In this document: piece by piece, positions 36,466 to 45,060 of the stretch
How the letters are laid out: the number at the start of each line of letters is the position of its first letter
Position numbering within the stretch: position 1 is the first letter of the stretch
Source: Bryobacterales bacterium
GTDB taxonomy: Bacteria; Acidobacteriota; Terriglobia; Bryobacterales; UBA6623
Length of the DNA: 64,000 nucleotides
Reading direction: 5' to 3'
NCBI GenBank assembly: GCA_965222095.1
Contig: CBDCTD010000002.1
Span: 482,909 to 546,908 of the forward strand
Translations under genes and position numbers: made by a program
Notes under the pieces: model-generated
Told to the model about the DNA's origin: nothing
The model's database searches: none
What the model saw: only the letters and a program-made list of their open reading frames with translations

Positions 36466-38031
36466 CTAGTCGCCAGTCACGGGCGCGCTGGCGGCAACCG
36501 CCTCGCCGCCGAGTTGTGCGCGCCGGAAGTACTTGTTCAGTGTCTTTTGCGATGGAGGCGCGGTGAACAACGATACGCCGACCAGAGTCAAGAGTGAACA
36601 GGCGAAGATTGTGGCCGCCGGCATCATCCCCAGAAAGAGGTACCTGCGGTCGCCCCCGTAGTCACCGGCCTGAAACAGCAGCAGCCAGGCGGCGGCCGTG
36701 ACCACAACGGATGCAATGGCACCTGCCCTCGTGACCCGCCGCCAGTAGATCGAAGCGAAGACCAACGGAAAAAGGCTCGCGAAGCCGCTGAAGCACCAAA
36801 TGCCCAGCGTGAAGACGTGTCGAGGTTGAGCCAAAGAAAGCAGATAAGTAACAGCCACAACGCCAACGATAAAACAGCGTGCCAACCGGACGCGGTCGCG
36901 ATCGTCAAAGCGCGCTTCCCCGAAATAGTGGGTCACGATGTCGTTGGTGAACATCGTGCCGAGGCAGAAAAACTGCGAGTCGAGAGAAGACATGATGGCT
37001 GCCAGAATGCCCGCGCCCAACAGGCCCGCAAGTAACGGGCCGGTAAGCTTTTGCACCATGATCGCGAGTTCGGTGTTAGGAGGCACGCCCGTCGGAACCA
37101 CCGGCGAGCCGTCGGGCATGACCGCCGCCGTCGCCCATACGCCGATCAGGATGCACGGCACCCACACGACCATGATGAAAATCGGATGCGCCACCACCGT
37201 CAGCCGAAAGGTCTTCGCGGAGCGCGCCGTTAGCCAGTGCTGGAACAGGTGCGGAAACATCCCCACGGAAAAGGGAATGAAGAAATAGGTCAGGAACTGC
37301 AACTGACTAATCTCCTCGCCGCGGATGAGTCGCTCCGGGCGCGCTGCGAGAACTCTTTCGCTAGCGGCCACGACGCCCCCGAGCTTGGAGGAAATCACCA
37401 CAAACGCGATCAGTCCCGTCACCATGAAAACGCAGGTCTGGAAGGTGTTCGCCCAGGCGGCGCCCCGCAGTCCTCCAAAGAAAACGTAGAGTAAGACCAC
37501 CGTGCAGATAAAGAGTCCGCTGAGCCACGGGGGAACGCCCCCCTGCGATGCCGCAAACATCTCTGGAAACGCCCCACGAGTCAGCGAGCGCACGACGCCT
37601 CCAGCCCCGAGAAGGCCCATCAGCAGGTAGGGGATTACGAGTCCTACCAAGATGGGGAACAACAATAGACCCAAAAAGTCACTTTCAAAGCGCTCTCTAA
37701 AATATTGAATTTGCGTTATGTAGCCGTGCCGCTTTCCTATCGACCACAGCCGAATGCCCACCAGAAAGAAGACCGCGGCGTGAATCAACCCGGACCAAGA
37801 AGCCATCATGCCGTAGACGCCGATGCCGGCCCGGAACGCCTCTCCGGTGCTGCCTACCAGCGCGAAGGCGGTCATCGTCGTTCCGAACACGGACATCAGC
37901 AGCAGCACGGGACCTATCGAGTGGCTGGCCAGAAAATAGTCCCGGGCCGTGCTGCGGAAGAAGCGATGGCTAAGCAAACCGAGCCCCAGCAAGAGCACCA
38001 GGTAGGCGGACATGACCATGAGCTGGGTCAT
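36466..38031 (-). CDS. sodium:solute symporter family transporter
   Basis: 521 aa with about 13 TM spans and an SSF-like N-terminus (ARDYFLA...IGP..L..S..GT..TAF...G). Confidence 0.88.
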   Translation of the reverse strand: MTQLMVMSAYLVLLLGLGLLSHRFFRSTARDYFLASHSIGPVLLLMSVFGTTMTAFALVGSTGEAFRAGIGVYGMMASWSGLIHAAVFFLVGIRLWSIGKRHGYITQIQYFRERFESDFLGLLLFPILVGLVIPYLLMGLLGAGGVVRSLTRGAFPEMFAASQGGVPPWLSGLFICTVVLLYVFFGGLRGAAWANTFQTCVFMVTGLIAFVVISSKLGGVVAASERVLAARPERLIRGEEISQLQFLTYFFIPFSVGMFPHLFQHWLTARSAKTFRLTVVAHPIFIMVVWVPCILIGVWATAAVMPDGSPVVPTGVPPNTELAIMVQKLTGPLLAGLLGAGILAAIMSSLDSQFFCLGTMFTNDIVTHYFGEARFDDRDRVRLARCFIVGVVAVTYLLSLAQPRHVFTLGIWCFSGFASLFPLVFASIYWRRVTRAGAIASVVVTAAAWLLLFQAGDYGGDRRYLFLGMMPAATIFACSLLTLVGVSLFTAPPSQKTLNKYFRRAQLGGEAVAASAPVTGD

Positions 38032-38258
38032 TCGGCCGTCTCCTCTGGTGCTTCTTCCGCAAAGGCTTCGGCGTCAGCCGGCCAGGCGAAGACAAGGGCC
38101 AGGTACCAAAGCAGGGCGGCGAGCAGCGAGTAGAGAGCGTGGTAGGCCAGGCCGATCGGTAGGAAGCCGAACAAAAGAGTGGTGTCGTCCCACAGCCAGA
38201 AGTCCTGGTGCAGGACGGCCAACACGAGGATCGCTAGGTAGACGGCCTTTTTCTTCAT
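38028..38258 (-). CDS. DUF3311-like small membrane subunit preceding the SSF transporter
   Basis: The internal ATG at 38258 gives a 76-aa two-TM protein (MKKKAVYLAILVLAVLHQDFW...). A 4-nt overlap joins it to the symporter gene. The longer ORF-track N-terminus is low complexity. Confidence 0.68.
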   Translation of the reverse strand: MKKKAVYLAILVLAVLHQDFWLWDDTTLLFGFLPIGLAYHALYSLLAALLWYLALVFAWPADAEAFAEEAPEETAE

Positions 38259-38544
38259 GAACTTGAGTGCGTCGGGATCGGTCGAGGTCACGGAATGGGT
38301 CCCGCCGGCAGATGACCTCCGCGCACCCGACTCTAAAGGGTACCAGGACAGAGAGGCCGTTTCACCCCCCTTTTCGAGAGTTGTCAAGGCCCAATAGAAA
38401 TGTCCCCCTCGGTAGCCCAGTAGAAGTGTCCCCTTGGTTTTGTTGTTTGTAGGTTGGTAAGAGAGTATCGTCGTCGTCGGCGTTCTTTCCTGGGTAGGGT
38501 CACTCGAGCCTGAAATCGTCACCGCCTTGCGCCAGAGCCTGGGG

Positions 38545-38967
38545 ATGATGGCCGGCGAAGAGCCCGCGGACGCCGAACCTCCGGAAGGCGATCCCGAGTT
38601 TGACCTATTTGGCACAATGGGCCTGCACGCCGACAGCGACTATCTTAGGCTGGCTGTGCACATGGACTGCAAGCGCAGTTCGGCTCGAACGCTCGTAACA
38701 ACGATGCTTGACTGCGAGGAAGGGGACATCGACGAAGAATCCGAATCCAGCGGCATCCAAGAGATGCTCAACGTGATCGCCGGGCGTATCAAGAACTCCT
38801 GTGCGACACGGAAAATTGATGTCTTGCTCGGGCTGCCGAAAATCTCCGACCAAGCCTCGGAGCCGCCCTCGAGTTTGCTTTACAAGAAAGAGAAGCACTT
38901 TGTTTGGCGCGAAGATCATCTCTTTCGGTTGACGTTCTACGCAAGCACGCATCCACCAACGGGGTAG
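38545..38967 (+). CDS. CheX/CheC-like domain protein (tentative)
   Basis: The segment ...SGIQEMLNVIAGRIKN......GLPKI resembles the CheX phosphatase core. The N-terminus is acidic and atypical. Confidence 0.4.
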   Translation: MMAGEEPADAEPPEGDPEFDLFGTMGLHADSDYLRLAVHMDCKRSSARTLVTTMLDCEEGDIDEESESSGIQEMLNVIAGRIKNSCATRKIDVLLGLPKISDQASEPPSSLLYKKEKHFVWREDHLFRLTFYASTHPPTG

Positions 38968-39008
38968 GAACAACAGGCAGAGACCGTTAACGACCACGAA
39001 GGCCGCCC

Positions 39009-39205
39009 CTAGCAGCCCGCATTTCTCACCACGACCGCGGTGGACGAGGCGAAAGGCCCGGCGGCCTTGGCGCGCGGCAACACTTCGTGCACATCGCCAA
39101 CGTGCAGTCTGTCCGCAAGCGGGCGCGATGAATCGCGCCCCTACATCTCTGATGGCGGGCATTTGCTTCCACTCCTGCCGACCGCTGGTGAGAAATGCGG
39201 ACTAG
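39009..39205 (+). mobile_element. 195-bp MITE-like element, copy A
   Basis: Bounded by CTAG on both sides. Has TIRs CCCGCATTTCTCACCAC / GGTGAGAAATGCGGA and the central hairpin GGGCGCGA-TGAA-TCGCGCCC. It lies between convergent genes. Confidence 0.85.
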
Positions 39206-39280
39206 GAATGCTCCTATTGCGATAATGACCGTGCTCAAACGCTCACTCATCTTGGCCGGCGTCGTTCCTCCGAGCCTGTT

Positions 39281-40474
39281 CTAGTCACCATTGCCCAACT
39301 CGCCCCTGGCAAGCAGCCGCGTTTCCTCCGCGCTCGCCAGCTCGTACACATTGCCACGCCACTCGATCTTGCGGGTGATGGCCGAGCGAACGAAGATGTA
39401 TAGCCAGGTCCACGTTGCTATTGGGACAAACCAGAAGAAAGCCCAGCCGAAGCGGTCGAGCCAGTCCTCTCGGTCGGGGAACATGAGGCGGGCGGCATAG
39501 CCGCGCATGGCACCCTTCCCCATGCCGGGAATGATGGTGACTACCAAACCACCTAGACCGAGCGGATTCCCGGCAGCTACCATCAACAAGCTGACAAGCA
39601 TCGCTCCGCAGTAGACGATGTGGCTGACGAAGCCGGCCCACCACAGCCCCCGCCGGTATACCCGGGTGATAATCAACTGGCGGGTGGCCCATTGCAAGAA
39701 TTCGTCGCCGGAGCAAGCTCCGGTGCTGGCGACCATGCCGCCGGGAACGAACCGAATGCCCAGCTTGGCGGCGTTGAGCGCGGTAGACAGACGATAGTCG
39801 TCGCTGACGGCACCTTGCCAGAACTTGCGTAGCTCCGCTTGCTCAAACACTTCTTTGCGGATGGCGGTAGCGCCTCCCCAGGCGAAGTTCTTGTCGTTGC
39901 TACTCATGTTGCCGGCGACGGTCGAGTTCCACACGCTGCGCAGCAAGGGCCAGAAGCCACCGTCTTCGGGGAAATACCAACGAAAGCCGGTCGTGGCTCC
40001 GAGGGAGTGGTCCTCTAGTGGGGCAACGAGAGACCGTAACCAAGTGGAAGAAACCTGTCCGTCAGAGTCGGCAAAAACGAAAACTTCACTACTGGCGCGC
40101 GCCTCGCCGACCGCGACGAGCAAGTTGTGGACCTTTTCACCTTGACCCTTCGGGGGGTCGCCGGCAACTACGACACGCACCCTCTCACCGAGCACAGCCT
40201 GGGAGGATTTCAGGCCAGGATCCGACCCGCTTCGTGAAACGAGAATGAATTCGTAATCGGGATAGTCTTGTTCCGCGAGCGTAAGCAAGTTCCGGCTAAG
40301 GTCGTGCTCGAGACCCTTGACGGGAACGATCAGAGTGACCGGGGGATGATAGTCCCCGGGCGGGTCTTGAAGAGAGGACTGGACGTGTTCGAGGTAGCGT
40401 CGGCCGGTGCGTATGGACCAGAAGGTTGCCAGAGTGGCTGGGATTACGAAAAACCAGAACAGGAACTCCAGCAC
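39281..40474 (-). CDS. family 2 glycosyltransferase (ceramide glucosyltransferase-like, membrane-bound)
   Basis: Has an N-terminal TM, the GT-A core (TLIVPVKG.E..L..NL.....QDYPDYE...V), a D.D motif (FADSD) and C-terminal TM spans. Confidence 0.72.
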   Translation of the reverse strand: MLEFLFWFFVIPATLATFWSIRTGRRYLEHVQSSLQDPPGDYHPPVTLIVPVKGLEHDLSRNLLTLAEQDYPDYEFILVSRSGSDPGLKSSQAVLGERVRVVVAGDPPKGQGEKVHNLLVAVGEARASSEVFVFADSDGQVSSTWLRSLVAPLEDHSLGATTGFRWYFPEDGGFWPLLRSVWNSTVAGNMSSNDKNFAWGGATAIRKEVFEQAELRKFWQGAVSDDYRLSTALNAAKLGIRFVPGGMVASTGACSGDEFLQWATRQLIITRVYRRGLWWAGFVSHIVYCGAMLVSLLMVAAGNPLGLGGLVVTIIPGMGKGAMRGYAARLMFPDREDWLDRFGWAFFWFVPIATWTWLYIFVRSAITRKIEWRGNVYELASAEETRLLARGELGNGD

Positions 40475-40602
40475 CGATCGAGTCTATCACAGGGTCCTTG
40501 AGGACACCGGAGTCGGAAAGAACGTGCGCGTGGTTGAGAACACGAGGGTCGCTGAAGACGCTGTTCCGGGTAAGGCGCCCGTTGCCGAGCAAGCCACTGG
40601 GT

Positions 40603-42549
40603 TCAGGCGTTGGCTTCGAATTTTGCGGTCAGTTTCTCCCAGGCTTGCTCGCGGGCCTGGATACGCTCGCGGCACTGCTCCATGCGGACGGTGATCTCGG
40701 CCGTTCGCTGGTGGTCCTTGTAGGATTCAGCCAACTGCTGTTGCAGCTCGGCGGCCTCGGCTTCCAGACGGCTGATCTCTCCTTCAAGCTCCGCCGCCTG
40801 GCCACGCAGACGCTCGGCTTGCATGGGGTTCATCCGCGAGGCCTTCTTGCGTGAGTTTGTTTCGCTTTCGCTTTGGCGGACTTCGACGGCCGGCGGCTTC
40901 AGCGATTCGCTCGCCGTGGCACCCTGCTGCCGGGGCGACTCTCGGCGGCGGTTGGTTAGCCAAAGATAGTCCTCATAATTGCCCGGGAAGATCTCGACGC
41001 CGCCATCGCCCACCGAGAAAACCTTGGTGGCAAGTTTGTCGATGAAGTAGCGGTCGTGGGAAACAAAGACGATCGTTCCACTGAAGTCGAGCAGACTACG
41101 AAGCAACACCTCTTTGGCACGCAGATCAAGATGGTTTGTAGGCTCATCGAGCAAGAGGAAGTTGCTCGGTTTGACGAGCATGCGCGCCAGAGCATAGCGG
41201 TTCCGTTCTCCACCCGATAGAACGCCGATGGTCTTGAATACATCGTCGCCGGAGAATAGGAAGCATCCCAGGAGGCTCCGCAGTTCGCTGTCGCCCGACC
41301 GAGCAGCTAACCCAGCCAGATCGTCGAACATCGAAACGTTGGGATCCAACTCTTTGTACTGGTCCTGGGCGAAGTAATCCACCTCGGCGTTGTGGCCCAC
41401 GATGCGTTGCCCTTGGGTGAAGGGTTCGTCCCCCGCCAGTAGGCGAATGAGCGTCGATTTCCCGGCGCCATTGGGGCCAATCAACGCGATGCGGTCTCGG
41501 CGTTCGATGATGAAGCTAAGATCCGAAAAAACCTCCTGAGGTCCGTACGCCTTGGCCACATGCTGAAACTCCATGACGATGCGGCCGCTGGCTTTCGGCT
41601 GTGGAAACCGGAAGTGGACTGTGCTTTCTTCCTCGGGTAGTTCGATTCGCTCGATCTTGGCCAGCCGTTTGACGCGGCTCTGCACCTGCACGGCCTTCGT
41701 CGCCTTGTAGCGGAACCGGTTAATAAACGATTCGAGATGGCGAATCTGATCCTGCTGATTCTTATACGCTGCCTGGACCTGCTCGATCCGCTGTTGCCTT
41801 AGGCTCTCGTAGCGGGAATAGTTTCCAGCGTAGAAGTGAACTGTCTGATTCCAGATTTCGACGATCCGTTTGACGGAGGCATCAATGAAGTAGCGGTCAT
41901 GGGACACGAGAATAAACGCGAACGGGTATTTGTCGAGATATCCCTCCAGCCAGTTGCGGGTTTCGAGGTCGAGGTGGTTCGTCGGCTCGTCGAGAAGCAG
42001 CAGGTTTGGTTTCTCGAGCAGCAGCTTGGTCAGTGCGATGCGCATCTGCCAGCCCCCGGAAAACTCGTCTGTCTTGCGGTTCCAGTCTTGTTTGGTGAAT
42101 CCAAGACCGGCCAGGACAGCAGCCACTTGCGCTTCTTTGGAGTACCCTTCAAGAGCGTGATAGCGGTCGTGCACCCACTGATAGCGCTTGGCGACGGCGC
42201 TATATTCGGTGCTCTCGGGATCGAGAGACGACATTTTCTCCGTTAACTCGGTCTGTTCGCTCTCCAGAGCCAGGACCTCGTCGAACACCGCCACGCATTC
42301 GTCGAAAACCGTGCGGCCGGAAAGCGAAAGACCGTCCTGCGGCAAGTAACCTATGCGCAAGTTGTTCTGCTGGGTGATACGTCCGTGGTCGAGGGTCTCG
42401 AGGCCGGCCAAAATCTTCAGTAGGGTCGTCTTACCACTGCCGTTGGCGCCGACGATGCCGATTCGAGCCTGGGGCGTGACGAGCCAATTCAGGTCTTCAA
42501 ACAGTGTCTTCTCGCCGTACCGGATGGAGGCAGCGGTGAACTGAATCAT
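40603..42549 (-). CDS. ABC-F family ATPase (two ABC domains, C-terminal coiled coil)
   Basis: Two Walker A loops (GANGSGKTT, GPNGAGKST), two LSGG signatures, no TM domain and a Uup-like coiled-coil tail. Confidence 0.92.
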   Translation of the reverse strand: MIQFTAASIRYGEKTLFEDLNWLVTPQARIGIVGANGSGKTTLLKILAGLETLDHGRITQQNNLRIGYLPQDGLSLSGRTVFDECVAVFDEVLALESEQTELTEKMSSLDPESTEYSAVAKRYQWVHDRYHALEGYSKEAQVAAVLAGLGFTKQDWNRKTDEFSGGWQMRIALTKLLLEKPNLLLLDEPTNHLDLETRNWLEGYLDKYPFAFILVSHDRYFIDASVKRIVEIWNQTVHFYAGNYSRYESLRQQRIEQVQAAYKNQQDQIRHLESFINRFRYKATKAVQVQSRVKRLAKIERIELPEEESTVHFRFPQPKASGRIVMEFQHVAKAYGPQEVFSDLSFIIERRDRIALIGPNGAGKSTLIRLLAGDEPFTQGQRIVGHNAEVDYFAQDQYKELDPNVSMFDDLAGLAARSGDSELRSLLGCFLFSGDDVFKTIGVLSGGERNRYALARMLVKPSNFLLLDEPTNHLDLRAKEVLLRSLLDFSGTIVFVSHDRYFIDKLATKVFSVGDGGVEIFPGNYEDYLWLTNRRRESPRQQGATASESLKPPAVEVRQSESETNSRKKASRMNPMQAERLRGQAAELEGEISRLEAEAAELQQQLAESYKDHQRTAEITVRMEQCRERIQAREQAWEKLTAKFEANA

Positions 42550-42760
42550 ATTTCTTCAGTGTAGCGTTGGGATCTCGTAGCAGCGGGGTGGCACTGTCGA
42601 ACCCTTTAGCGCGGAACCGGCGGGTTTTCAGTTACGCAGGGTGTTGTGCGTAGGGAACTGCCGGCACTGCCGAACACCACGGCTGACCCGCCGGCAGCAA
42701 TCCTGCGGAGGCTCCGTCTTTCGCAGTACCATGGTTAGCCAGTAGTTTCCAGGAATCGCA

Positions 42761-43918
42761 ATGAAGATCACCAGCCTTGAAAGCTTTCTCACGAACGCCG
42801 GAGCGCGCAACTTTCTCTTCGTTCGCCTGAACACCAACACCGGACTGACCGGCATCGGGGAGGCCACCCTCGAATGGCAGGAGAAAGCCGTGCAGACGCT
42901 TCTCCACGATTGGGTTGAGGCACAAGTCCTCGGGCGCGATCCTTTCGATATCGAGACCGTTGTCGGCGGCATGATCCGCAACCAGTACCAAGGCGGCCCG
43001 ACCGTGATGACCGCTATCAGCGGCGTCGAGATCGCGATGTGGGACTTGATCGGCAAGGCCTGCCAGCAGCCCGTCTGCAAACTTCTTGGCGGACGTTGCC
43101 ACTCAAACATCCCTGCCTACGCCAATGCTTGGTTCGCCGGAGCGAAGACGCCGGAAGACTACACCGAGCGCGCGCGTGACGTTGTTGCGCGGGGTTTTCG
43201 GGCGCTCAAATTCGATCCTTTTGGAGTTGCCTGGAAGGAGCTGACCGCGGAGGAATACGAAACTGCGATCGCTCTGGTGGCCGGTGTGCGCGATGCGGTC
43301 GGCCCCGATGTCAAGATCATGATCGAGTTTCACGGCAGGCTGTCGCTGCCGAGCGCGGTCGAAACAATCCGCGAGATGGAGAGGTTCAACCCAACTTGGT
43401 GCGAGGAGCCGGTCGCGCCCGAAAGCGTCGAGTTGCTCGCCAAGGTAAAGAACCAAGTCAGTAGCCGCATTTCGGCCGGAGAACGCCACTACAATCTGGC
43501 GGAGTTTGATCGACTCATTAATCTGCGTGCTGTAGACGTCGTGCAACCGGACATTACCCACTGCGGCGGGATTCACGCCGCCAAGAAGATCGCGACGATC
43601 GCGGCGGCAAAAGATATCCAGGTCGCGCCACATACCTCGGTCGGCCCGGTTGCCCTGGCGGCGGCCCTTCATTTCGACATCAGCACCCCGAATTTCTTCA
43701 TCCAGGAAGATTTCAGCCAATACGATGTACCCTGGCGGAACGAGTTTGTCCGGGGGTGGAATCCCTTCCGGAACGGCGAGTTTTTCCTGTCGGACGAACC
43801 CGGTCTGGGCCTCGACATCGACGAGAAGGTCATCGCCAAACATCCTTACGAACCGAGTCCGTTCGCGAGCCTGTGGCACAAAGACTGGCTCGGCGATTTT
43901 ACACAACGGAGCTCATGA
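42761..43918 (+). CDS. enolase-superfamily enzyme (mandelate racemase / sugar-acid dehydratase type)
   Basis: Capping domain followed by a barrel, with the metal ligands spaced as in galactonate-dehydratase-like proteins (...KFDPFG..., ...WCEEP..., ...QPD..HCGG). Confidence 0.85.
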   Translation: MKITSLESFLTNAGARNFLFVRLNTNTGLTGIGEATLEWQEKAVQTLLHDWVEAQVLGRDPFDIETVVGGMIRNQYQGGPTVMTAISGVEIAMWDLIGKACQQPVCKLLGGRCHSNIPAYANAWFAGAKTPEDYTERARDVVARGFRALKFDPFGVAWKELTAEEYETAIALVAGVRDAVGPDVKIMIEFHGRLSLPSAVETIREMERFNPTWCEEPVAPESVELLAKVKNQVSSRISAGERHYNLAEFDRLINLRAVDVVQPDITHCGGIHAAKKIATIAAAKDIQVAPHTSVGPVALAAALHFDISTPNFFIQEDFSQYDVPWRNEFVRGWNPFRNGEFFLSDEPGLGLDIDEKVIAKHPYEPSPFASLWHKDWLGDFTQRSS

Positions 43919-43983
43919 GCGACCGATTCCGCTTGCCTCGCGGCGTGCGAAAGACAGCCCCTTAGCGAAGAGAGGCCTGCATC

Positions 43984-44877
43984 ATGGATGACATCCGGGT
44001 AGCCCTAGCGCAGATCACCTGCCCCCTCGGAAAGCTGACCGACAACATAGAGAAGCACCGGCGTTACGCCAAACGCGCTGCCGAAGAAGGTGCTAAGGTC
44101 GTCTGCTTCCCAGAGCTGTCGCTCTCGGGTTACCCGACCGAGGACTCCGCGGTGCTAGGCGTGACGCACCCGGCTGATGGGGAGCCGGCGCGGGCGATGC
44201 AGGATCTGAGCACCGAGACGGGTTTGGTAATACTGGCGGGCTATCTCGAGCGCGGCCAAGGGGAGGTAGTCTACAACACGCAATTGATAGCGAGTCCGGG
44301 CGGCCTTCTTGGCGCTTATCGAAAGGCGCATGTGGCCGGACCCGAGGCTCGGCGATTCCGGCGCGGTGACGACCTGCCCGTGTATTTGCAACCCGGGATT
44401 ACGTTCGGCGTCCAGATTTGCTACGACAACCACTTCCCCGAGTCGGCAAGAACACTGGCGTTGCGGGGCGCGGAAGTTGTTTTCTGTCCCTATGGCTCGC
44501 CGGGTCCTTTCACCGAAGAGGGACTGGCCGCTAAGCGCGAACGGTGGCTTCGGTATTTGCCGGCTCGCGCTTTTGACAATAGTGTCTACCTGGTTGTGGT
44601 TAATCAGGTAGGAAGTGCTGCAGCCGAGGGATCAGGTAGCGCGCACGTCCCTTCAACGGCGAGAGACACTCACGCTGACTTGCCGGCGTTCCCGGGCGGC
44701 TCGATGGTGTTGAACCCTTGGGGAGAGGTAGTCGCCAGCGCCCGGCCTCTCGTGGAGGACCTTCTGGTCGTGGACCTTCTCGCTGACGTACTCGAAGAGA
44801 AGCAGCAGGACGATCTACAGTTCTTTACGCGATTCCGGCGCCCGGACCTTTACCAGGACGTTCTGCGGGCTCCGTAA
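43984..44877 (+). CDS. carbon-nitrogen hydrolase (nitrilase superfamily)
   Basis: Carries the Glu-Lys-Cys triad context: CFPELSLSGY, YRKAH and GVQICYD. Confidence 0.85.
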   Translation: MDDIRVALAQITCPLGKLTDNIEKHRRYAKRAAEEGAKVVCFPELSLSGYPTEDSAVLGVTHPADGEPARAMQDLSTETGLVILAGYLERGQGEVVYNTQLIASPGGLLGAYRKAHVAGPEARRFRRGDDLPVYLQPGITFGVQICYDNHFPESARTLALRGAEVVFCPYGSPGPFTEEGLAAKRERWLRYLPARAFDNSVYLVVVNQVGSAAAEGSGSAHVPSTARDTHADLPAFPGGSMVLNPWGEVVASARPLVEDLLVVDLLADVLEEKQQDDLQFFTRFRRPDLYQDVLRAP

Positions 44878-45060
44878 CTGCTGGTCTAGGGCCACTGGGA
44901 GCAATCATTTCCCATCCAGCGATCAGCCGTCAGAGCCTCCGCAACCGGGCGAACGGGCGAAAGTCCAGGTAGATCAGGCGGTTATCGGGGTTCTGGACTG
45001 ATAGGTGGACGGGCGGCTTGTTCCCGACAGTAATCCCGCGGCGATACAATCATCTTGTCG

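Noticed and set aside
38259-38615. 119-aa N-terminal extension of the DUF3311-like ORF
   Set aside because: The extension is low complexity (Ser/Gly/Thr/Pro-rich) and overlaps the divergent promoter region. The internal ATG at 38258 gives the normal size for this small subunit.
38605-39162. ORFs running through the 195-bp elements (also 48721..49005, 60510..61073, 60611..61261, 21661..22164)
   Set aside because: Their only shared content is the repeat itself (peptides ...VGARFIAPA..., ...GAMNRAPT...), read in different frames and strands in different copies. The repeat has TIRs and a hairpin, so it is DNA-level, not coding.
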